Shown here: positions 17,301 to 23,330 of the stretch, one piece after another
Position numbering within the stretch: position 1 is the stretch's first letter
How the letters are laid out: each line of letters opens with the position of its first letter
From: Candidatus Thalassarchaeaceae archaeon
Lineage (GTDB): Archaea; Thermoplasmatota; Poseidoniia; Poseidoniales; Thalassarchaeaceae
Direction: 5' to 3'
DNA length: 32,000 nucleotides
Assembly (NCBI GenBank): GCA_045568075.1
Contig: JBJLBP010000001.1
Coordinates: 1,260,001 to 1,292,000 of the forward strand
Translations under genes and position numbers: made by a program
Notes under the pieces: generated by a model
Databases searched by the model: none
The model's input: the letters and a program-made list of their open reading frames with translations, nothing else
Told to the model about the DNA's origin: nothing

Positions 17301-17988
17301 CAGGGTAGTCAGAAAGAGAGCCGTCTGAGTCATATCCAGCTCCAACCCAGGTTGGGTTGTTGTAGCTTAGTTGGTTCGGGCAATCTGCAGTATTGTCTTG
17401 ATCGACATCTCCGCAAATTCCGTTCTCCATCGGGTCGTCCCATACAGCGACTGGCATCTCGCGGTCTAGCTGATTATTCTCTTCATTATCGTCTGCGAGG
17501 CCACCATCGATGATACCTCGGAGGATGATTCCGCCGACGAGGTAACCATTCTCATCGAGTTGGCTGTGAGCGGAATTAGGAGTCCAGTAAAATTCTGCTC
17601 GGTAGGATTGGAATCCAGAGAGTGTCATATTCACTTGCCACTGTGTAATCATGAATCCCACAGGGTGCCATATCTGCATGATTCCATTAGCACTCGCCGG
17701 CTGACCTGAAGTTCCAGCCTGGGTGAATGTGACATTAATTTGAATCAATTCATCTCGGAGAACGTATTCAACAATACTGTCATCTGGATTGGTCCACTCC
17801 CTCGCGTCGAGAGAACCGTTTCCAATCTCGATAGCTGTCACTTCGAAATCGATGAGGGCGCGAGGTGCGACCTCACGCGCAGGGTTGTGGTCTAGTGCCG
17901 GGCCAAACGCAAGGGGCGAGAGGCTCGTCACCATCAGAATGGCGAATAACGTGAGAGGAGTCAGGCTACGCATGGACAACGAGTTCAT
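14383..17988 (-). CDS. Large type-I surface protein (signal peptide, ~1000-aa ectodomain, one C-terminal TM helix, Pro/Glu-rich cytoplasmic tail)
   Basis: The start was moved to ATG 17988 (MNSLSMRSLTPLTLFAILMVTSLSPLAFG, a signal-peptide-like sequence). The longer track ORF would overlap the divergent gene. The TM helix is FIAKLAANIVFVIAGLVAMVVVGIITL. The ectodomain is beta-rich, with repeated CARDB/COG1470-like segments such as GETGDVLMSLKNTGNQVATWNL. No enzymatic motif was recognised. Confidence 0.7.
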   Translation of the reverse strand: MNSLSMRSLTPLTLFAILMVTSLSPLAFGPALDHNPAREVAPRALIDFEVTAIEIGNGSLDAREWTNPDDSIVEYVLRDELIQINVTFTQAGTSGQPASANGIMQIWHPVGFMITQWQVNMTLSGFQSYRAEFYWTPNSAHSQLDENGYLVGGIILRGIIDGGLADDNEENNQLDREMPVAVWDDPMENGICGDVDQDNTADCPNQLSYNNPTWVGAGYDSDGSLSDYPDDSGHWRMDNTSSAIGERHWRVSRPGADYASNRIDRLWWGWLSPFDSCEDPGHGLGYGTLDQSVSAVYANNFCRARIRGFEFISLQMVTHAWGSMGTGDMVRMEADAGNEEFYNYTAQELSETYGDWTQLVWDMSDVHPTGDYTLAFRFDSDSSFATQGIHLDGFIMFGIERIPEYTLDLECDDPLPNAYIVVPADPRPPSLSCAVINNGYVDITLRVYTEVSNKSWMWEQPLRIDSNHPSDHDNSVVTKTIKALETMDLWINLTIPDGATVQEVDWYVHIGDGLTNFSKWAIDLPVDVTASYSSYLTQKTLQNPALTLLPGETGDVLMSLKNTGNQVATWNLGATFADNRWGASNLVWTNETGVEMTSVEMQIGDEFELNAQLTTPDQITPGSYAITLLANGRAPANFQTEWTVHVEVPIDHDLKLVPEIREMLAPADGALRWIEIQMVNDGNSEEAFDLSISADWKLGLELNAEQTLGIDPFGGDSSILLMFPMPYGIENETYQIWVRATSQIDPQYQRSVQLLLTVPETYLIEVPDMDLTEEVYRAGDDSRTLRWEVWNHGNMPDRFHIDFETSHSDISVNAQGLTNGKTPWVEAGSSLNLTVSYAFAHGADGDRTVTLIATSQESETIGQSVSSQGEAEFKVGKVGWMLVLPPAGGQTVVIDEKGEYVLEFTVQNLHTTSEQLMRADIDRTTEPELFFNVFDVRVDSEDRDFVLTPQSTKVVTIRIDVKQEHLDNLGENTLTFNVILAVDSDIDKVSVGTPIQMVKTIQVTDGPDVGFIAKLAANIVFVIAGLVAMVVVGIITLRIVKEAQAPLEEYSSIEDYTSSFVNLGGDGEVPAAPELPAADEVANSMYGGSADIFENPAAEMPPPPLPEDEPAEAPAPEMPPPPMPEPEPIPEPEPVEEVIPEPEPVEEVIPEPEPVEEPAVEPQSVLPPGVPPIPEEGLPDGWTMEQWAFYGQKWLDQQKGD
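14521..14610 (-). repeat. In-frame 30-bp tandem repeat (about 3 copies, the third diverged) encoding (P)EPEPVEEVI units
   Basis: Copies at 14521-14550 and 14551-14580 (CTCCACSGGCTCTGGCTCAGGAATCACTTC) differ at one base. 14581-14610 is a diverged third copy. The repeat lies in the cytoplasmic tail of the surface protein. Confidence 0.85.
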
Positions 17989-18147
17989 GCGATATCGATT
18001 CGGGTATGAAGGTTCGGTCACTGCGTGCGCCGCCCTACGGGCGGCCACATGAATGGCTCCGGCAGGCACAATCACCGCCCGAGAACCGACACTGTGCAGT
18101 TCACCTCCAATGAAGGGCTTATGTTCGCTTGTAGTCGCCACGAGGCA

Positions 18148-19278
18148 ATGTCGCGGCAGAGAACCCCTCTCTTGCCGCGCTTCGTACTGGCTACAATCGT
18201 TCTCGGACAAGTCACCGTCGCCCCTATCGTGGGTTTCTCTCTGACCTATCTGCTATCGATTAACAACGATGGAAACCAACTCTCCTTCGATATAGATCTG
18301 GGTGCCTTAGATTGGATTATTATCGCTGGACTGTCATACGGTATGCTGTCCTTGGTCCTCGCTCTGATCGCCGGAGCTTACTCACCAGCCAGTGTTGCGG
18401 ACAGAGGAGGATGGCTGACAGTTCTTGGACTGCGAAGAAGAGTGAATCAACCAGAATTGATCGATCGAGCAAGGCTCAATTTGCAACGCAGTCCTTACGG
18501 CCAAATGGCGCGATTAGTCAGTAGCCAGACGGGGCGATATGACCTTCTTTCAATTCATGGAGGGCTACAGATTCTAGCAGTGCCAATCCAAGTTGCTCTG
18601 ATCGCTATTCCACTCATGATAATGGAAGGGATTCCCGAGCGATTCGTCGAGCCCGAGCAAGCCTTTGAATTGGGGATGGTTGGATATTTCATCGCTCTCT
18701 GGTTCTGCCTTAGAATACAGCCAGTTTACTCAAGGCACCTGATAGGAATCGCGGCTTGGTTCCGCAAAATTCTATCTAGAATCTCAAAATTCTCCTGGAT
18801 TCTCCCCATTATCATATTCTGGTTCGTAGCCCGTATAATGCTCAAACTCGCCCTCGATTGGCTTGACGTGGACTATTCGGTATGGCATAATGTCCAATTG
18901 GAGGCGGTGCTGTTGAAATCGATAATGCCCGCCGACCAAATTCCGGATGTCGCGATAATTGATTTCCTCGTCGCAATATCCGTACTTCCTGTCGCGGTCT
19001 TCACTACAATCTCTGTCCTTGGAGGGGCGCACGATATGCCAGATTGGATGCACGACCCTGAGGAAAAGATAGAGAATTTGAATCAAAATTTATTGGAAGA
19101 AGATGCAACTCCTGAGGTTGATGATGATGATGGAAAAGATTCGGACCCTCTCGCAGAATTCGGCACCTGGAGGCGCACCACTGGTGCCGAAGCAGAGGAA
19201 GAGATCGACTCTTCTTCGGAAGATGAAGAGGAATCCTCCCGAATGATCGATTTACCATTCGGTCTCTTTGATGACTGA
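18148..19278 (+). CDS. Polytopic membrane protein of unknown function with a long acidic C-terminal tail
   Basis: I prefer the ATG at 18148 (MSRQRTPLLPRFVLATIVLGQVTV...). There are several hydrophobic helices. The last ~73 aa are strongly acidic and end in ...SSSEDEEESSRMIDLPFGLFDD. The N-terminal 41 codons of the track ORF overlap the divergent promoter region and are basic and low-complexity. Confidence 0.6.
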   Translation: MSRQRTPLLPRFVLATIVLGQVTVAPIVGFSLTYLLSINNDGNQLSFDIDLGALDWIIIAGLSYGMLSLVLALIAGAYSPASVADRGGWLTVLGLRRRVNQPELIDRARLNLQRSPYGQMARLVSSQTGRYDLLSIHGGLQILAVPIQVALIAIPLMIMEGIPERFVEPEQAFELGMVGYFIALWFCLRIQPVYSRHLIGIAAWFRKILSRISKFSWILPIIIFWFVARIMLKLALDWLDVDYSVWHNVQLEAVLLKSIMPADQIPDVAIIDFLVAISVLPVAVFTTISVLGGAHDMPDWMHDPEEKIENLNQNLLEEDATPEVDDDDGKDSDPLAEFGTWRRTTGAEAEEEIDSSSEDEEESSRMIDLPFGLFDD

Positions 19279-19299
19279 GAAATGGGAAATCGAGAAGTA

Positions 19300-19518
19300 T
19301 CACCTTACAGGAAATATCTGCTCGACACCGTGATTCAATACAGCCCAACCGGTCGCAAGAAACATTCCGAAGAGGAATGGGTTTGGTCCGACCATGAAAA
19401 GTCCGACCGCGGCGAGGATGAGGAATACTCCAGAGATTCTAGCTTCAATTCGCCGAGCACCGACGGTGAACAGTGCTAATCCGAGTACGAAAGCACCCAA
19501 TGTGGCTGCACCTGACAC
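19300..19518 (-). CDS. Small hydrophobic protein (2-3 TM helices), possibly co-translated with the upstream aminotransferase
   Basis: The 72-aa ORF has a GTG start 12 nt after the aminotransferase stop, preceded by GGGGGTGG. The sequence LGAFVLGLALFTVGA...VFLILAAVGLFMVG...FGMFLATGWAVL is helix-like. No family was recognised. Confidence 0.4.
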   Translation of the reverse strand: MSGAATLGAFVLGLALFTVGARRIEARISGVFLILAAVGLFMVGPNPFLFGMFLATGWAVLNHGVEQIFPVR

Positions 19519-19530
19519 ACCGCCACCCCC

Positions 19531-20679
19531 TCAATCGCCACGCAATTCAGCGAGAACTTGCTCGACGCGGTCCATGCCGCGCGAGATATCTTCGCGACCG
19601 ATGGTGTAAGCGAATCTGAGGTGACCCTCCCCGGCCCCGCCAAAGGCGGAACCCGGACTACAAAGGACTCCTCCCTCAAGCAAAGCCATTGCAATCTCTT
19701 CACTATTCATGCCTGGCACATCGATCTTCGGAAAGACGTAGAACGCTCCTGTTGGAACGTGACAAGATACTCCTGGCATAGCGTTCAATCGAGCACAAAT
19801 CAAATCCCGTCGCTGCTTGAATTCATCACGCATCTGCTCCGGATAGTCCGAGGCTTTTTCCAAGGCCTCGAGCACAGCGTATTGCATCGCATCATTGCTA
19901 CACGCTGTAACATAATACTGCATCTTAGTGATATGACCCATCGCTTCGAGGTCTGGTGAGAGAATGTAACCAATCCTCCAGCCGGTCATGGCGAAAGTCT
20001 TGGAAAATGAATTGATCATGATGACCTTGTCATAGCCCGCACCCAAGAATGAGACATGTTCGGAATCGTATACGATGCGATCGTAGACTTCGTCGGTGAT
20101 AACCCACAAATCATTCGCGCGTGCGAACTCAATCAATTCATCGCGCTGTTCAGGAGTCACATTTCCTCCAGTTGGATTACTTGGGAAATTGTACAGAACT
20201 GCAACCGTTTTCTCAGTTAGACTAGATTCAAGGTCTGCAATGGTCGGAACAAATCCATTGTCGAAGAGACAGGGATAGAGAACAGGATTCCCTCCACATA
20301 TCACCACATCAGTCGGATAGAGAGGGAAATACGGCTCTGGCAGTAGAACCTCGTCACCGGGGTCGACGAGCGCGAGGAAAATATCGAGCAACGCATTCGT
20401 GCCGCTCATGGTCATACAGACATTGTTTTCATCGAGAGTCGGGATTCTGTTATGCCATGTCTCTGCAATCTTTTGACGCAGCGGAGGAAGGCCGGCTGTG
20501 GTAGTGTACTTGTTGCGGCCATCCTTCATCGCTTGAGAGAAAGCTTCGATGGCGAGGGCCGGTGGTTGGAAATCCGGCTCGCCTAAACCGAACTGCACAG
20601 CGTCATCGCCAGCCATGTCGAACATCCGCCTAACTCCCGTAGGACGGATGCTGTTCGCTCGTTCCGAAAACCGCACCAC
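19531..20679 (-). CDS. Class I/II pyridoxal-phosphate aminotransferase (aspartate aminotransferase family)
   Basis: The ORF contains GLGEPDFQPP, YTTTAGLPPLRQKIA, FPSNPTGG, and the PLP-lysine motif NSFSKTFAMTGWRIGY. It has a GTG start, and the N-terminal conserved region requires that start. Confidence 0.87.
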   Translation of the reverse strand: MVRFSERANSIRPTGVRRMFDMAGDDAVQFGLGEPDFQPPALAIEAFSQAMKDGRNKYTTTAGLPPLRQKIAETWHNRIPTLDENNVCMTMSGTNALLDIFLALVDPGDEVLLPEPYFPLYPTDVVICGGNPVLYPCLFDNGFVPTIADLESSLTEKTVAVLYNFPSNPTGGNVTPEQRDELIEFARANDLWVITDEVYDRIVYDSEHVSFLGAGYDKVIMINSFSKTFAMTGWRIGYILSPDLEAMGHITKMQYYVTACSNDAMQYAVLEALEKASDYPEQMRDEFKQRRDLICARLNAMPGVSCHVPTGAFYVFPKIDVPGMNSEEIAMALLEGGVLCSPGSAFGGAGEGHLRFAYTIGREDISRGMDRVEQVLAELRGD

Positions 20680-20719
20680 GACCTACGGACGACCGAATGA
20701 GCATTTGAAGGCACACCCT

Positions 20720-20736
20720 CGAATCCTTCGGATTCG
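20720..20736. other. Perfect 7-bp hairpin between the S8 protease stop and the aminotransferase start
   Basis: The sequence is CGAATCC-TTC-GGATTCG. It lies in a T-rich tract on the minus strand (GATTTTCC, GATTTTTGCC) that could terminate the protease transcript. Confidence 0.3.
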
Positions 20737-20802
20737 CTACCTAGAGGTCTTTTCTTAGGCAAAAATCACTGAAGTTGTGATTATGGAAAATCGCCGGATT
20801 TT

Positions 20803-22923
20803 CTAATCGAGAAGTTCTGCCTCGACCACTTCATCGATTTCATCGCGGGTACGAACATTATCGATCATCGCCTCTATCTCATCGTCTGAACGGTAGCGGA
20901 TGAGGACGAGAGAAGAGAGCCAGAAGAGACCAACGAGAGCCACCGCGCCAATTGCTATCGGCGTGATACCCATTGCTGAGTCCTCAGAGCCACTTCCTGT
21001 TACCTCGAAGAAGACTGGAAGTGAGTGCATCGCTCCTGCGACCGCATGAACCTCTACCGTGTGTTCGCCTGATGCAAGTTTTGCAGGATTCAGAAGAACG
21101 TGCCAAAGGAATGGAGTTAGGGCGCCAATCTCACTGGGAGTAGCAGAATAGGTCGCTTCCATCCACTCACCTCCATCGATGCGGTACTCGACCCGATCTA
21201 TGCTTCCTGCTTGGCCCCATGCGTGGCCGGTGATATTGATCGCTTCACCAATGGTCAGGTTGAGACTGTGACTCTGTAGGCTTGGGTCGATGAGTGGAGA
21301 CTGGTCCGAATCGCGCAGGAATATCGCGAGGTCAACTGCTGCGCGCGCATCGACCATTCCATAACCGAACTCGCGATTCCAATAGGGATCGACTTCCGGG
21401 GCACTCGGCTCACCACGAAGTTCGGAAGTATGCTTGAGAATCTCTTTGATTTGGAGAGGAGTGAGGTTCTCATTGGCTTCGATGACCAATGCAATCACTC
21501 CGCTCACCGCGGGTGTGGCGTAGGAAGTACCACTACCACGCCCCGTGTAGGTATTGTCGGAGGCATCGGCTCCGAGGAAATTATTGCAACCACCACTACT
21601 CACACATCCTTCGGCTTGAATGATATTTGAGCCGGGCGCGCTAATCTCAGGAACCAGTTCGTTGACTGGATTACCATCGCCGTTATCTTTGCGTGGCCCA
21701 CGTGAGGAGTATCCTGCGATTGTATCGTCTGAGCGGTTTACCGTGTTCTGGTCATCTGTGGCTGCAACAGTAATCGAAAGCGAAGATGCGCTCATCCCCG
21801 AAAGCCCATCGTTATCTTCACCATCATTACCAGCAGCATTCGATACCACCACACCCAATTCCATTGCCTCATCGAGAACCCTACTGTGCATGTCGTTGCC
21901 ATCAGAACCTCCGTTCTCGTGGCTGGTTATTCCCCATGAAAGAGAGATGATATCGATGCCGTAGCTAGCTTCGTCTACACCCGCCCAGGCATCGTCACGA
22001 TGGTCGATAATCCACTGGAGACCGTTCATGGCGGATTCGTAGAATTCCTGTTCGAGGAGGTAATTCTCGAATGGTCCGGCTCCGACATCTGTGCCGATTC
22101 GGACGTCTACAAGTCCAGCATCGGGTGCGGAGCCGTAGAAATCGGACTGCGAACCATCCGCTTCAATTCCAGTAGCACTAGCCATCCCCATGCAGGCAGT
22201 GCCATGTTGGTTGCCGTCGTCTGGATCGAATGATCCGTCGTCTTGACGACCCCCTGCGAGGACGCATTGTGGGTCCGAGTGCATGAAACAGACAGCATCG
22301 TAGCCAGCGACGAATTTTCCGTCTAAACCAGGGTGTTCATTGTCAACGCCGGTATCGACCATGGCGATGTTGACGCCTTTGCCTGTGACTCCGAAGTCCC
22401 AGGCACCAAGCGGATATTCTGTCGAGTTTTTCGCCTTAACCGCTGGAGTCTGAACATCGCCAAAAAAGACCAATGAGCCATATCGCTCAACCATGACAAC
22501 TCCTTCGATTTGGGCAAGTTGCCAGACTTGTGAAGCATCGACATCTCCCAGAAGAACTGCGTCGACGAGAGTTAGTTCGAGATTGATTTCGTAGCCGAGT
22601 TGCTCAAGGGTGTCGCGATCGGCTTGAGTCACCTCACGCGCGTAAGAGATTCCTACATTGACCGGACCAGTCTCACTCTGAAGGGAATCATGGATGCCGT
22701 TTCGATCGGAATCGAGTGTGGTGTATTCCCACCACTGGAGGCTGGTGTCCCACCAGATTGGAGCTTGGTTAGGAACCTCGATAGTCTGACCCACCTCGAT
22801 CATCTGCAAGCCCTTAGCATCGAGTGGTTCCAACCTCTCTTCAGCGCTTGTCGCTGCGATGCTGCCCGCCAATGGCGACATCAACAGAAGCACGAGCGCG
22901 ACTGCCACCGACCTGCTATTCAT
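20803..22923 (-). CDS. Membrane-anchored subtilisin-like serine protease (peptidase S8)
   Basis: The catalytic triad contexts are AMVDTGVDNEHPGL (Asp), GNQHGTACMGMA (His) and GRGSGTSYATPAVSGV (Ser). The signal peptide runs from ATG 22923 (MNSRSVAVALVLLLMSPLAG). The C-terminal TM helix is ITPIAIGAVALVGLFWLSSLVLI, followed by a short acidic tail. Confidence 0.88.
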   Translation of the reverse strand: MNSRSVAVALVLLLMSPLAGSIAATSAEERLEPLDAKGLQMIEVGQTIEVPNQAPIWWDTSLQWWEYTTLDSDRNGIHDSLQSETGPVNVGISYAREVTQADRDTLEQLGYEINLELTLVDAVLLGDVDASQVWQLAQIEGVVMVERYGSLVFFGDVQTPAVKAKNSTEYPLGAWDFGVTGKGVNIAMVDTGVDNEHPGLDGKFVAGYDAVCFMHSDPQCVLAGGRQDDGSFDPDDGNQHGTACMGMASATGIEADGSQSDFYGSAPDAGLVDVRIGTDVGAGPFENYLLEQEFYESAMNGLQWIIDHRDDAWAGVDEASYGIDIISLSWGITSHENGGSDGNDMHSRVLDEAMELGVVVSNAAGNDGEDNDGLSGMSASSLSITVAATDDQNTVNRSDDTIAGYSSRGPRKDNGDGNPVNELVPEISAPGSNIIQAEGCVSSGGCNNFLGADASDNTYTGRGSGTSYATPAVSGVIALVIEANENLTPLQIKEILKHTSELRGEPSAPEVDPYWNREFGYGMVDARAAVDLAIFLRDSDQSPLIDPSLQSHSLNLTIGEAINITGHAWGQAGSIDRVEYRIDGGEWMEATYSATPSEIGALTPFLWHVLLNPAKLASGEHTVEVHAVAGAMHSLPVFFEVTGSGSEDSAMGITPIAIGAVALVGLFWLSSLVLIRYRSDDEIEAMIDNVRTRDEIDEVVEAELLD

Positions 22924-22974
22924 CAGTCCACGCCCACAACGGTACTCCTTCAATCCCACCTATACGCGAGATTG

Positions 22975-22996
22975 AAACAAAATCACAAAATCAAAG
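22975..22996 (-). terminator. Oligo-T tract downstream of tRNA-Trp (archaeal-type terminator candidate)
   Basis: The minus strand reads CTTTGATTTTGTGATTTTGTTT, starting about 25 nt after the tRNA 3' end. Confidence 0.35.
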
Positions 22997-23068
22997 ATTA
23001 CTCTCGTTTGGACTAGATTTGGTGGGGGCACTGGGATTTGAACCCAGATCAGCGGGTATCTTCCGCCT

Positions 23069-23093
23069 AGCGTGCACCTGGCAGGTGCACGCT
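23069..23093 (-). repeat. 25-nt near-perfect palindrome (12-nt arms) in the 3' part of the tRNA-Trp intron
   Basis: The sequence is AGCGTGCACCTG-G-CAGGTGCACGCT, read directly from the window. Each arm contains the hexamer palindrome GTGCAC. Confidence 0.9.
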
Positions 23094-23100
23094 CTCGGTT

Positions 23101-23170
23101 TGCGACGGGTCGGTGCTCCAGTTGGTCATCAAAACCATCAGATTACCCACTCGTCGTCATTCCCGTGCAA
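23101..23170 (-). ncRNA. Box C/D guide sRNA embedded in the tRNA-Trp intron
   Basis: On the minus strand: C box ATGACGA (23160-23154), D' box CTGA (23141-23138), C' box TGATGA (23131-23126), D box CCGA (23113-23110). Both guide spacers are exactly 12 nt. A 9-bp terminal stem (TTGCACGGG / CCCGTCGCAA, one bulge) closes the module. Confidence 0.8.
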
Positions 23171-23330
23171 CTGGAGCCCGCGGTACTACCAGGTTATACT
23201 ATACCCCCAAGGGAGTAAATCGACGAGTGGCCCCACTCTTATGATGCTCACGGTTGAGTAGTGTCGAAACCCTATGTGACCTTGTCAGTAATCTATCAAA
23301 TTGAACTTAGCGACTTGCCGATGATTAGAC

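Larger units (their letters stand above)
23020..23208 (-). tRNA. tRNA-Trp (anticodon CCA) with a ~113-nt intron after position 37 and an encoded 3' CCA
   Basis: Manual fold: acceptor GGGGGTA/TGCCCCC; D-arm GTAT-AACCTGGTA-GTAC; anticodon stem GCGGG/CCCGC with loop CTCCAG|intron|A; T-arm CTGGG-TTCAAAT-CCCAG; discriminator A plus CCA. Exons are approximately 23208-23171 and 23057-23020. Splice junctions are good to about 2 nt. Confidence 0.88.

Noticed and set aside
18029-18045. GC-only 7-bp hairpin GCCGCCC-TAC-GGGCGGC in the divergent intergenic region between the surface protein gene and the membrane protein gene
   Set aside because: It is real in the sequence, but I could not link it to a promoter element, a repeat family or a known RNA motif. 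An isolated short GC hairpin is not unusual, so it is recorded but not promoted to a finding.
17989-18210. 5' extensions of track ORFs: 17989-18210 on the surface protein, and likewise 18025-18147, 6776-6859, 1110-1175, 22924-22959 and 25656-25670
   Set aside because: The extensions start at TTG or GTG or lack a ribosome-binding site. They overlap neighbouring or divergent genes and precede an internal ATG that has a good SD sequence and/or a signal peptide. Shorter gene models were preferred.
23209-23330. Possible additional C/D-box or other small RNA in the spacer upstream of tRNA-Trp (ATGATGC at 23241-23247, CTGA on the minus strand)
   Set aside because: The box-like hexamers are not arranged with 12-nt guide spacing or a terminal stem. 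The region more plausibly holds the tRNA promoter; the weak TATA-like ATCATAAG on the minus strand is centred about 33 nt upstream.
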